IMG/VR virus record: IMGVR_UViG_3300017769_000025
Coordinates: 1 to 43,924 of that record
Source: a virus
Lineage: Duplodnaviria > Caudoviricetes
Reading direction: 5' to 3' (one strand)
DNA length: 43,924 nucleotides
This document shows positions 7,626 to 16,804 of this stretch, piece by piece. Every line of letters begins with the position of its first letter. Positions within the stretch are counted from its first letter, which is position 1. The translations under genes were made by a program, and so were the position numbers. The notes beneath the pieces were generated by a model, which saw only the letters and a list, made by a program, of their open reading frames with translations, was not told where the DNA came from and did not search any database.

Positions 7626-9464
7626 TTATTTGCTTTTAAATTCTGAAAATGTTAAAACTTGTTCTTGCAATTCAACACTTTCTTCTATTGTTTGTTTTAA
7701 TAATTTATACATTTTATGCATAGATTTTGGAGTCATGGACTTATATGTCTTTTCGTCTCCATCTAATAAAGCGTTTCTCACCTTTGTTGCACTAATGTTA
7801 TCGTCTGTTCTTGGAATTTCTTCTAATCTGAAGCTATCTTCGACTCCTAATTCTCCTCTATATTTTGGGTTATTAACTTGATAGCCATAGGTTTTCATTC
7901 TATCACTACCTGTTCCCCATAATACAGGTTCATACTTAGGTCTCATGGCGTTAAACATTTTATCAATTGCTGCGGTATCTATAACATACACTGTCTCAAT
8001 AGGATATTCCTTCATCACTTGTTTTATCATATTAACCTGCATTGTTTCATCAAAGGGTCTCTTAAATTTATCTTCTGCCTTCTTTGTTTTAGCTTTAACT
8101 AAAAATATAACCGTTGGAAGTCCATTTTGTTTATGTAAATGCTCAACGACTTTAACATGTCCTAATGTAAATGGCTGAAACCTACCAACAAACATATTAA
8201 CTTCTTTAGCTCCTCTTTCAGGATGGTTTACTTTTAAACCTTCGTTAATTGGATTTGTTTGTCCTTTAAGTGTATCGTTAATTTTAAAAGTTTTAAAATC
8301 CATTACACCGTCTTCCTCTACTTTTTCGTAAATTCTTGCTTCAATCTTTTCTATAATACTATTTAGACTATTAAATGTATCTCCTGCTAAAACTCCATTT
8401 TCTTTCTGTCTTTTCTTTCTAAAAGTACCTAATGTAATTTTTAACAATTCTGCAACTTCTCTTGATTCATTAACAAGTCTAATAGTTTCTTGATTTGTTA
8501 TCATTTTTGGGTTTAAATCAAACTCTTCATTATTTGCAAATTCAGCGCTATCAAAATTCATACCAATAAAGCTTGCTCCATTGTCTTTTATAAATGAATT
8601 AAAACCTGCTGTCATTAATTCTAAATATCTCTCATCAACTTCTTTACTTTCAAGTTGTATTTCACTAAAATCAAATGCATTAAAATATTCAATAAGTTTT
8701 ACTACTGTAATTTGATATGCATCTGAACTCTTTCTTTCTTCTTGTTCTTTAATTTCTTTTAATGGACTCTGTAGTTTAAAGTTCTTTAATGATTTGCCTT
8801 CTACAAAACTTACAACTAAACCATCAATGTCTTTATGAATATCATTATTTAACATTGACTTATGTATAGACTCATTAAATGTTGTAAATGCTCTATAAGA
8901 AAAACCAAAGTCTTGTAGTTCTATCTTTGCCTGTTCTCCTTGTAAACTTAATATATTAACTAGTTTTTCTTTTTGATAGTCTGATAATGTGCCTTCAAAA
9001 ACAACTTCAGGAGATTGAACTTCTAAAAGGTTTGCCCATTTTTCTAAAATTCTAGGATCTCTAATTACTTTTTTAATCTGAGTTCTATCTTCATTTAACA
9101 CTTGAATATGTGTCAGTATAAGACTATTTTTTGGAAGTGTATCATATTCAATGTCTACTGTTTTTTCGCTAACCATATAATCAAATCCAAATTTCCAATC
9201 ACTTGGCATTTGTTGAATTGTCTCATCTAATAATGCGTTAAAGTGGCCTATACCTTTTTCATAGTAAGAAACTATTGTTCTATCTATTTTATTAAGTGGC
9301 TGCTTATTACCTGATTTATAAAACTGCAAGAGTCTGTCTTCTCTTCTCGCATGTAGGCTACTTGCTTGAATCTTTTCAGTAACTAAACATTTCTGTGCTA
9401 AAAGATTATTAAAATCCTCTTTTTCAACTGACTCATAATATGTTCTTAAATCTTGTAATGCCAT
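7626..9464 (-). CDS. Fusion of a degenerate RNA-ligase-fold domain and a HIGH-class nucleotidyltransferase (cytidylyltransferase/NMNAT-like)
   Basis: C-terminal domain has VGRFQPFTLGH, GSDR and ISATKVR. N-terminal domain has VTEKIQAS (motif I variant), PEVVFEG, IDGLVV (motif IV) and FKLQ (motif V). An INE|G site lies between the domains. Confidence 0.75.
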   Translation of the reverse strand: MALQDLRTYYESVEKEDFNNLLAQKCLVTEKIQASSLHARREDRLLQFYKSGNKQPLNKIDRTIVSYYEKGIGHFNALLDETIQQMPSDWKFGFDYMVSEKTVDIEYDTLPKNSLILTHIQVLNEDRTQIKKVIRDPRILEKWANLLEVQSPEVVFEGTLSDYQKEKLVNILSLQGEQAKIELQDFGFSYRAFTTFNESIHKSMLNNDIHKDIDGLVVSFVEGKSLKNFKLQSPLKEIKEQEERKSSDAYQITVVKLIEYFNAFDFSEIQLESKEVDERYLELMTAGFNSFIKDNGASFIGMNFDSAEFANNEEFDLNPKMITNQETIRLVNESREVAELLKITLGTFRKKRQKENGVLAGDTFNSLNSIIEKIEARIYEKVEEDGVMDFKTFKINDTLKGQTNPINEGLKVNHPERGAKEVNMFVGRFQPFTLGHVKVVEHLHKQNGLPTVIFLVKAKTKKAEDKFKRPFDETMQVNMIKQVMKEYPIETVYVIDTAAIDKMFNAMRPKYEPVLWGTGSDRMKTYGYQVNNPKYRGELGVEDSFRLEEIPRTDDNISATKVRNALLDGDEKTYKSMTPKSMHKMYKLLKQTIEESVELQEQVLTFSEFKSK

Positions 9465-9474
9465 ATCTTATTTT

Positions 9475-9894
9475 TTATAAATAGTTTTTCCAATTTTTTT
9501 CTGCTTCTAATGCTTCTAATTCAAAAGGGTGGTTTGAATATTCATAACCTGCATCATATAATTTTTTAAATTCTTTTTGATCTTGAATGGTGTGAGTATG
9601 TTCATGTAAAAGAGATCTGATTATTTGTTCAGGTGTATTTGTAACATCTGAATAGATATAAATTATATCTGCATCTGGATCATATTGTGCATTTGGATTT
9701 CCTTGCTCTTCAATTAAATCTTCAACTGCAACTGCTCCTATTCTATCCCATATATTTTCATACACTTCAACCTTTTTAGCTTTACCACCTAAATCTTTAA
9801 CTATTTGTGGATATACTTTTTTAATTATAGATTCTATCTTTCTATGAGATAGTCCTTCATTAATAAAATCTTCAAATAGTTTTATATTTTTCAC
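9475..9894 (-). CDS. Zincin-like metallopeptidase with capsid-targeting leader
   Basis: GTG start; leader MKNIKLFEDFINE; LLHEHTH (HExxH) and downstream HPFELEA supplying a third ligand. Confidence 0.75.
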   Translation of the reverse strand: MKNIKLFEDFINEGLSHRKIESIIKKVYPQIVKDLGGKAKKVEVYENIWDRIGAVAVEDLIEEQGNPNAQYDPDADIIYIYSDVTNTPEQIIRSLLHEHTHTIQDQKEFKKLYDAGYEYSNHPFELEALEAEKNWKNYL

Positions 9895-9896
9895 GT

Positions 9897-10349
9897 TTAT
9901 GATATTTTCTTTAACTCGTTAAATACTATATTGTGTTCTTGTAAATATGTATCTGTATTAACGTAAAGTTCACCTAGTGTTTTTTTATTATTAGGATCAG
10001 TTACATCGGTTATTGTTAATAAAGTAACATTTACTTTTTCACCTTCTCTACCTGCCCAACCTAGTTGAGTGTCATTTAACCAATATTGTGAATTATAGAA
10101 TTCATATGTTGGTAAATCTGGATTATTACCATTTGGCTGAACCGTAAACGCTTGATAATGTACAAACATTGTATTACCTTTCCACGTTTGAATTCTACGC
10201 TCAGCGTCTTTGGCTGTTTTAGCAGTTCTAGGCATTAAACTTTTAAAAAGCTTCATATCTACTTTATCTTTATTAGACAATACCTCAGGCCTAAAATTAT
10301 CCATAGTTGATTCATTTAAGAATTCCTCAAATAGTTTTATCTTTTTCAT
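9897..10349 (-). CDS. Putative internal head protein
   Basis: True start is probably the ATG at 10349 (MKKIKLFEEFLNE), immediately after the upstream stop; the longer ORF call overlaps the next gene. Confidence 0.65.
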   Translation of the reverse strand: MKKIKLFEEFLNESTMDNFRPEVLSNKDKVDMKLFKSLMPRTAKTAKDAERRIQTWKGNTMFVHYQAFTVQPNGNNPDLPTYEFYNSQYWLNDTQLGWAGREGEKVNVTLLTITDVTDPNNKKTLGELYVNTDTYLQEHNIVFNELKKIS

Positions 10350-10350
10350 T

Positions 10351-10563
10351 TTACATGTTATCATTAATAATTGACATTGCAGCTTCAATATCATCTAATG
10401 CTTGAAATACCATATCTTGTTCATCACCTGGCTCCATGTTTTCAGCTTCTTCACCTATAGTGTCAACAGAGGATTGTAAATATTTCATGCTTCTTTTTAC
10501 GTTAGAGTTTTCATTAACATTTTCTTCGTTAATAAAATCATTAAATTTTCTTACTCTTTTCAT
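10351..10563 (-). CDS. Small acidic putative internal head protein
   Basis: Start re-assigned to 10563 (MKRVRKFNDFINEENVNE), 3 nt after a GATAAATAT motif at 10567-10575. Confidence 0.6.
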   Translation of the reverse strand: MKRVRKFNDFINEENVNENSNVKRSMKYLQSSVDTIGEEAENMEPGDEQDMVFQALDDIEAAMSIINDNM

Positions 10564-10570
10564 AATATAT

Positions 10571-11836
10571 TTATCTTCCATATTTTATTATACCCATAAG
10601 CTGATTTATTGCAGCAAATGTGCCGGTAAGTTTCATAATCTTACCTTTATATTTAAAGACTATTCCCTCAGTTGGTACAATACCTTCAATACCTCCGATA
10701 CTTTCTAATCTTTCTAATTCTGCTTCGATCTTAGCAACCTGCTTTAAGTCACCGTTAAGTTTAACGTCGGCCGCTGCCTTTCTAATTTTAGCATGTAAGT
10801 TTTTCTTTTCTAAATCAGGATTTGCAGCAACAAAATTACTTGCATTTAATAATACATCTTTTCCTAACTCTAAAAATAAGTTTTCAAATGGTAAAATATT
10901 TTGCTTGTATTTTTTACCTTTTATCTTGTCAAACTCTTTGATTTTTTTCATTTGTTCAGGAGTAGCAATTTTTTTCATAGCAACCATATTCATAGTTTGC
11001 TTGTCATTGTATGCCCATCTTAAAAATAAACCTTCTTTTAAATCACTTGAAATATCTGCAAAATCTTTTTCAATTTCTCTTCTCCACCATGCCTCGTGAT
11101 ACATTTTAACCTCGTCACCGTCTGATAAATTAAATACATCTCTTAAATCATTTAATTTACTATGATAATAACTTTGTCTCTTTTCAAAATCTATGTTTTT
11201 CTGAAGTTTAAGTATCTGTGGAGGAATAATTGTAAATGTCTTTTGTACATCTGCCTCTATACCTTTAAGAAGTCTTGCAAGTTTTGCACCCGTTTGTTGT
11301 GACATATTAACTATATTACCTTTGCCATCTGTTTCTGCCATGCCGTGAAATTGAATAACATCCCTGTCATAGTTAATTACATTTGGATTCTTAGAATAAA
11401 TTAACTCCATATTAAGAAAGTTTTGTCCATTCTTAAATTCTTGGTGATCGCTTAAACTTAATAATGCTGCTTCTAAATCTGTTGCAGCATAGATAAAAGT
11501 ATCTTCAACTAACTTTGATGCATGGCCCGTAAACATTTTAATAACTCCATCTAAAGATACAGGTGCCTGTAGTTGTCCTTTATTTCTTGAGAAAAGAACT
11601 TGACCATCCTTTACTGTAACAAAGAAGTTTTGACCATCTGTTTTTTCGGTAGGTCCTTCTTCAAAATGTATTTCACCTTGTAGAGCATTTGTAACAATAG
11701 TTTTAAAATCTCTAAAGGTTAAATCATTATAATCGAAAGGGTGAGGCATGTGTCCTGCTGCACCTCCTTCAAGGATTAGACCACTCTCAGTGATCTGAGC
11801 CTTTTCGTTAAGAAACTGTTCGTAAGTTAGTAACAT
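10571..11836 (-). CDS. RNA-ligase-like covalent nucleotidyltransferase with capsid-targeting leader
   Basis: Leader MLLTYEQFLNE..ITE..ILE|GGAAGHMPHPFD. Motifs I (TEKTDGQN), III (NMELIY), IIIa (IQFHG), IV (TEGIVF) and V (MKLTG) are present. Confidence 0.65.
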   Translation of the reverse strand: MLLTYEQFLNEKAQITESGLILEGGAAGHMPHPFDYNDLTFRDFKTIVTNALQGEIHFEEGPTEKTDGQNFFVTVKDGQVLFSRNKGQLQAPVSLDGVIKMFTGHASKLVEDTFIYAATDLEAALLSLSDHQEFKNGQNFLNMELIYSKNPNVINYDRDVIQFHGMAETDGKGNIVNMSQQTGAKLARLLKGIEADVQKTFTIIPPQILKLQKNIDFEKRQSYYHSKLNDLRDVFNLSDGDEVKMYHEAWWRREIEKDFADISSDLKEGLFLRWAYNDKQTMNMVAMKKIATPEQMKKIKEFDKIKGKKYKQNILPFENLFLELGKDVLLNASNFVAANPDLEKKNLHAKIRKAAADVKLNGDLKQVAKIEAELERLESIGGIEGIVPTEGIVFKYKGKIMKLTGTFAAINQLMGIIKYGR

Positions 11837-11850
11837 ATTCAAAAACTATA

Positions 11851-12603
11851 TTAACTTAATGAAGATTGTAATGTACCTACGCATGCTCCGTAGTCATCTC
11901 CACATTTATCTAAAATACCGTCTACTACTTCTTGTGCTTTTGCTTCATCAAAATCATCACCATGTGCTTTCTTTAAAATAGCAAATGCATATTCTTTAAA
12001 ATCTTCAGCAGACTTAACATCAGCTTCTTCAACTTTAGCTTCTTCTATAACCACAGATTCGATTTTCAATTTATCAAGTGCAATATTCATCGCAGGTATT
12101 TCATATGGTTCTTGACCATTTTGATAGTCTACAAGAGCCATAGCTCCATCCATTGAAAATTTGATAATTTTAAATCTACCAGGGAACCTTATGTTTTCAC
12201 CATAAGCAACTTTTCCTTTTTCAACAGCCTTCATAGCTTTTTTAATTTTAGGATGAACTCCTTCGCTTAATTCTCCTTCTTCAACTGATTCTTTTACTTT
12301 GTAAGTTTCTCCACCTACTGTAAACTCATCTTCACCTTTTTCTTTAGCATCTTTAACAGCTGCTCCAAATGCATTACCTTCAGTTTCTACCTCGTCAGTT
12401 TCACCAACTAATTTAGCAAAAAATTCAGTTCTCTGTTCTTCAGCTATTTCAGCAACAGTAGATACTTCATACTCTGCTAATAAGTCAGCAAATCTTTGAG
12501 CTTCAGAAGTTCTCTTCGTAGTTGCTTCTTCTTTTAATTTAGTTTCCATTGCTGCTTTTCTAGTTTCAGAAAATGTAGCAAATGATTGAATTTTATTTTC
12601 CAT
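11851..12603 (-). CDS. Acidic prohead core / internal protein with multiple cleavage-like sites
   Basis: Leader KIQSFATFSE; Glu-rich; sites VETE|GNAFG, LSE|GVHP and VIEE/VEE|A. Late promoter motif upstream. Confidence 0.55.
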   Translation of the reverse strand: MENKIQSFATFSETRKAAMETKLKEEATTKRTSEAQRFADLLAEYEVSTVAEIAEEQRTEFFAKLVGETDEVETEGNAFGAAVKDAKEKGEDEFTVGGETYKVKESVEEGELSEGVHPKIKKAMKAVEKGKVAYGENIRFPGRFKIIKFSMDGAMALVDYQNGQEPYEIPAMNIALDKLKIESVVIEEAKVEEADVKSAEDFKEYAFAILKKAHGDDFDEAKAQEVVDGILDKCGDDYGACVGTLQSSLS

Positions 12604-12635
12604 AATTGTTATATTTTTTTATTACAATATTATAA

Positions 12636-12644
12636 TTATATATC
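12636..12644 (-). promoter_or_regulatory. Putative late promoter GATATATAA
   Basis: Exact motif in the gap between uvsW and the head-protein cluster. Confidence 0.6.
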
Positions 12645-12654
12645 AACTTAAATA

Positions 12655-14154
12655 TTACTCAAATTGAAATTTCTTTACACTGTACTCAAACTGCTGTTCT
12701 CGATATATTGACTGCCTTGCCTTGGAGTGTTTCATTAAATAATTACTCCATTCCTCAGTAGCCAAGTCGTCTACGAAGTCTATAATAAGAACGCTACTTT
12801 TAGAGTGATGTTGTCTTAATCCTCTACCAATTGACTGTCTAATTATAACCTCAGATTTAAAACTTTCTGTAAAGAAAATATTGTGAATTTTTTTAATTGA
12901 TATACCCGTAGAGAATGTACCATAACTTGCAACAATTGCAACCTCGTCTCCTGCTTCCATCTTTTTCTTATACTCTTCTCTAACATCTTTGTCTGTGCCG
13001 CCGTCTACATAATAGACTGCTTTATTACTTTCCTGTCTAAGTTTTTCATATAGCTTTTTACCATGTTCGATTCTATGAAAAAGTATTAGACTATTTCTTG
13101 GTATTTTACCTATAACCTTACATATAAAATTAAGACGCGGCTCTGAATTTATAATATAGTTTTGTTCTAATTGAAATAGGTCTTTATTTTCATATCTGTT
13201 TTGAGCCATTTCTGTAAAGGCATTCTTAGCACTTTCAGGCGCATAATCCATTTCAATTACTTTAACCTTACAATTTGCTATATACCCCTCTTGTTGTAAG
13301 AAACTAGCGCTCACCTCACTGATTAGTGGACCTGTATAAGCCATTAGTGTTAAGCGATCTAATGTACCGTCTTTAGGAATTGTACCTGAAAGACCATATC
13401 TATATTCTGCATTTACACATTTCTGTAAGATTGTTTTAATAGATTGGCTTTTCATTTTGTGACACTCATCAATTATAACAGCGTCGAACTGATCAAAATA
13501 TTCTTGCTTCTTTTTAACGAGAGATTGATATGTACCTATTACTACATTCCTACCATCTCTAATCTTTTTACCACTAAATATTTGTTGAATTTTTATGTTG
13601 ACTCTATTTGCATAATTATAGTCTGAAAAATCTTCAGTTGCTTGAACAACCAATGAAACATTAGGTACAATGAATAAAATCTTCTTTGCCTTTTCTTGTT
13701 CTAACAAATATGCAACTGTAAGAAAACTAATTAACGTCTTTCCTGCAGATGTAGCAAGTTCACTAAGACACTTTCTAAACTTAAGAATATTATACGCAGC
13801 TTCTATTTGATAGTCCCTAGGAGTTATCTCTGAACCCTCAAAGAAGGCCAAAGCCCATTTCTCAAAATATTCGGCAGTAACGTCTTTATCAAAAAGAGAT
13901 TTTACACCATTGATGTCTAGTTCAAACCTATATTCTTTACAAACATTATAAACATATCTCCATAAACCTGCCGGAATCCATTTATTATCTTTGAAATATG
14001 AAATGTAACCATCCCATATTCCCTTTTTAACTAGAGGGTTAAATCTCCAGCTATCGATTCTTTTAGTTAGTGATATGTTTAGTTGTTCAAGTTCAAGTTC
14101 AGATGCTTCATCAACTCTTAAATATTGTTTATTCTCTGTGAGAGTAAGCTCCAT
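12655..14154 (-). CDS. uvsW: UvsW-like SF2 DNA helicase
   Basis: PRDYQ Q-motif, LATSAGKT Walker A, IIDECH Walker B, GLSGT, FSTGISIKKIHN and QSIGRGLR; N-terminal WDGYI segment as in T4 UvsW. Confidence 0.93.
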   Translation of the reverse strand: MELTLTENKQYLRVDEASELELEQLNISLTKRIDSWRFNPLVKKGIWDGYISYFKDNKWIPAGLWRYVYNVCKEYRFELDINGVKSLFDKDVTAEYFEKWALAFFEGSEITPRDYQIEAAYNILKFRKCLSELATSAGKTLISFLTVAYLLEQEKAKKILFIVPNVSLVVQATEDFSDYNYANRVNIKIQQIFSGKKIRDGRNVVIGTYQSLVKKKQEYFDQFDAVIIDECHKMKSQSIKTILQKCVNAEYRYGLSGTIPKDGTLDRLTLMAYTGPLISEVSASFLQQEGYIANCKVKVIEMDYAPESAKNAFTEMAQNRYENKDLFQLEQNYIINSEPRLNFICKVIGKIPRNSLILFHRIEHGKKLYEKLRQESNKAVYYVDGGTDKDVREEYKKKMEAGDEVAIVASYGTFSTGISIKKIHNIFFTESFKSEVIIRQSIGRGLRQHHSKSSVLIIDFVDDLATEEWSNYLMKHSKARQSIYREQQFEYSVKKFQFE

Positions 14155-14170
14155 TCATTCAACATAATTT

Positions 14171-14614
14171 TTAAACGAGATCTTTAATTGCAAGTCTATT
14201 ACGTACTGCAAATCCCATATTATCGAGAGTCTTTATTGATTCTCTATAAAATTCAACTTGATTTTCTAATTGAGATAAAATCATTTTATCATCTGCTAAT
14301 TCAGCTTCTAGAAATTGTGCTTTTATTTTATCAGTTAATTTATAATCATAGTTGTAATATCTTATCCAGGCCTCTTTCCATTTAATGTCAACTTGTTTTT
14401 TCTGCTCTTTTGTTTTAAGCTGCACATACATTAACTGTTCTACCATTAATTGTCTTGTATGTAAAATATCACCAATAACAATTTCCATTCCACTTAAAGT
14501 TTTAATACCATGTGCAAGTGCAGTTATTTTTTTAGTCCATCTATCTCTTTGTACTCCGAGTTTTTCATCTAACTTTAATATCTTACTTGCCTTTGTGTCT
14601 TTTTGTTGTTCCAT
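14171..14614 (-). CDS. uvsY: UvsY-like recombination mediator
   Basis: 147-aa all-helical protein next to uvsW, with a YY..YDYKL segment and a C-terminal K.LDNMGF..RN.L pattern reminiscent of UvsY. Confidence 0.55.
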   Translation of the reverse strand: MEQQKDTKASKILKLDEKLGVQRDRWTKKITALAHGIKTLSGMEIVIGDILHTRQLMVEQLMYVQLKTKEQKKQVDIKWKEAWIRYYNYDYKLTDKIKAQFLEAELADDKMILSQLENQVEFYRESIKTLDNMGFAVRNRLAIKDLV

Positions 14615-14814
14615 TAAAATAGTCCTTTCTTATTACTTTTTATAAACGTCGATGTAGTCAATTTCTTTTTAAATTTAGGCTGACTCATCTTAATACCTTT
14701 ACCTTCAAAATCTTCTTCGTTAAATTTAAAATCTAACATTTTCTTTAAATTTTTAAACCTGTTTTTATCTCTATAAAACTTGTCTAATTCCTCATCCATA
14801 TCTATATCAAACAT
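14614..14814 (-). CDS. Hypothetical protein
   Basis: 66-aa ORF overlapping both neighbours, which suggests translational coupling. Confidence 0.6.
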   Translation of the reverse strand: MFDIDMDEELDKFYRDKNRFKNLKKMLDFKFNEEDFEGKGIKMSQPKFKKKLTTSTFIKSNKKGLF

Positions 14815-15889
14815 ATCTCATATCAAGTTTATCGTTAGTAAAATAATCTTCTAACTCGGAAAGAGATATTTTTATTTTTTCATTGTAACAAACCTTTACA
14901 AGGTCGTTTAAATCTTTTATACTATATTTATCTATTTTTTTATCCTTTAGATATTTAGTCCACATAAATACTTTCTTACCTGCTTTTAATTTTTCAATAG
15001 ATTTTTTAAGACCTGTTTCGTCGTTATCTAACATATATCTACTACTATCAATATAGTCTAATTTAGTAGTATCTCTACCAGCTGTACAAAGAGCAATTGA
15101 GTTTCTCATAAACATTGCGTCAAGTGGACCTTCAAATATTGTAACCGGGTTTTGAAAATTTACCCTTAGTGCACCAAATAAAGTTGATACATTATTAAAT
15201 TGCTGACGCGTTAGTTCGTCTAATTCAACTGGCTTATTTAAAATTGATTCATGTATTTTACTTAAATCATAAGTTAAATATCTTGAGCCTTTACCTTTCA
15301 TTCTTCTACACTGTGCACCTATGATTTTTCCATTAAGTGATTTATTTAAAATCCATAATCTTTGATCTTTTGGATTAAATAAAAAGTTGTTCAATTTTTT
15401 ATGCAGGAGTCTTTCTTTTAATTTAAACCATATCCAATCTCCTATTTGAATTGGCTTTGCTCCAGTTGCTTTTGAAAAATCTTCTACTTCAACTGAAAGC
15501 TCTAATATTTTTTCATACACAAAAGGTGTAAACTTCTCAGAAGTATCTACAGTATTTTTTCTGCTTTTAACATAGTCTATTAATGTTATAGCATCCATTT
15601 TATCTGGCAATTGTACGCCAAAATCTTTTAGAAAATAATAGATGTTGGTGTGATAATCACAGTTAAAACAATGATATTGTAGGGTGTCCCAAAAAAGATT
15701 ACCTCTCTTTGCGGAGTCATCTCTACTAGAATCGCCACAATAGGGACATGCCAGGTTTAATCTACCTGACATATCCTTAATCATTTGTTTGTTGTGACTT
15801 GAGTGAGATTTTACAACTACCTCTTTAAGAAGTACTTTAATCTTTTCCTTTAACTCGTGTGTTAATTCAATGTTAGAGCTCGAGATCAT
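14807..15889 (-). CDS. gp61: DNA primase (T4 gp61-like)
   Basis: Zn ribbon CPYCGDS...YHCFNC; TOPRIM motifs IFEGPLDAMF and LDNDETG; KDLND. Confidence 0.92.
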   Translation of the reverse strand: MISSSNIELTHELKEKIKVLLKEVVVKSHSSHNKQMIKDMSGRLNLACPYCGDSSRDDSAKRGNLFWDTLQYHCFNCDYHTNIYYFLKDFGVQLPDKMDAITLIDYVKSRKNTVDTSEKFTPFVYEKILELSVEVEDFSKATGAKPIQIGDWIWFKLKERLLHKKLNNFLFNPKDQRLWILNKSLNGKIIGAQCRRMKGKGSRYLTYDLSKIHESILNKPVELDELTRQQFNNVSTLFGALRVNFQNPVTIFEGPLDAMFMRNSIALCTAGRDTTKLDYIDSSRYMLDNDETGLKKSIEKLKAGKKVFMWTKYLKDKKIDKYSIKDLNDLVKVCYNEKIKISLSELEDYFTNDKLDMRYV

Positions 15890-16802
15890 TCAAAAAAGAT
15901 TCTAAGTCATCTCCGCCTGCTGGTGTAGCTTCCTTTTCAGCTTTAGGAGTTGAAGTAGGCTTTTCAGCTTTAGGAGTTGAAGTAGGCTTTTCAGCTTTAG
16001 GAGCTGGAGTACTACCTGCATCAAACTGATTTGTTAGAGCATCCATTGCATCACCAGGGTTTAAATACATTTTGATAACGCTGTTAACGAAGTTTCTAGT
16101 TTCTTCATCCCATGGTCTATATTCAAACTGTTTTAGAGATGGAGCACCTTCTAGTTCATTTTTAATAGTCTCCATATCTTCTTTAGTTCTTTCAGCTGTT
16201 TTTTCACCTAATGCAATTGCTGATTTTGAAGATGAAAATTTAGACTTATCATAATTATTATAGTCGTTTTGTCTTGTAATAACTAATTCAAAGTTTTTAC
16301 CTTCAAATAAATCAAACACTTGAGTTGGGTCGCCAAAAGTAGGCTTTAATTCAGCGTCAATTTTTTCTTTGATCTTATAACCGAATTTGAAAATTCTATA
16401 AGTACCTTCTAATTCAGGTTGTTGAGGGTCTTTAATAATTTTCACTAACGAAACATAAGACTCTCTTCTTTTTAATTTATCAGAAGCTTTTCTATCTACA
16501 GCGCTTTCTGATTTTCTTAATCTAAAAAATGCATCAGAAACTGGACAATGCTCACCAACAGTACTTGGAGAATCTACTAACTTAGACTCACCATTTGGTC
16601 CTGTTAGCCAGTTTACATATTTTTTGATTAATGAATTTCTTGGATTTTCGATATTAGGAACGAATCTTACTAATGCTGAATACGTTCCATCTTTGCCATC
16701 ATCGGCAGAAGGCTTATACATCATGTTACCATTTGCATTTACCTCTTGTTCATGTGTGTTGATGTCCTCGACACCAATACTAAAAATGTTAAAATCTTCC
16801 AT
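15873..16802 (-). CDS. gp32: Single-stranded DNA-binding protein (T4 gp32-like)
   Basis: ALVRFVP, CPV, IIKDPQQPELEG, FKFGYKIKEKI, FDLFEGKNF and NYDKSKF motifs; acidic C-terminal tail DDLESFLNDLEL. Confidence 0.92.
   Translation of the reverse strand: MEDFNIFSIGVEDINTHEQEVNANGNMMYKPSADDGKDGTYSALVRFVPNIENPRNSLIKKYVNWLTGPNGESKLVDSPSTVGEHCPVSDAFFRLRKSESAVDRKASDKLKRRESYVSLVKIIKDPQQPELEGTYRIFKFGYKIKEKIDAELKPTFGDPTQVFDLFEGKNFELVITRQNDYNNYDKSKFSSSKSAIALGEKTAERTKEDMETIKNELEGAPSLKQFEYRPWDEETRNFVNSVIKMYLNPGDAMDALTNQFDAGSTPAPKAEKPTSTPKAEKPTSTPKAEKEATPAGGDDLESFLNDLEL
15933..16003. repeat. 27-bp tandem repeat (~2.6 copies) in the SSB C-terminal linker
   Basis: Unit cttttcagctttaggagttgaagtagg, encoding PKAEKPTST. 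Confidence 0.9.
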
Positions 16803-16804
16803 AA

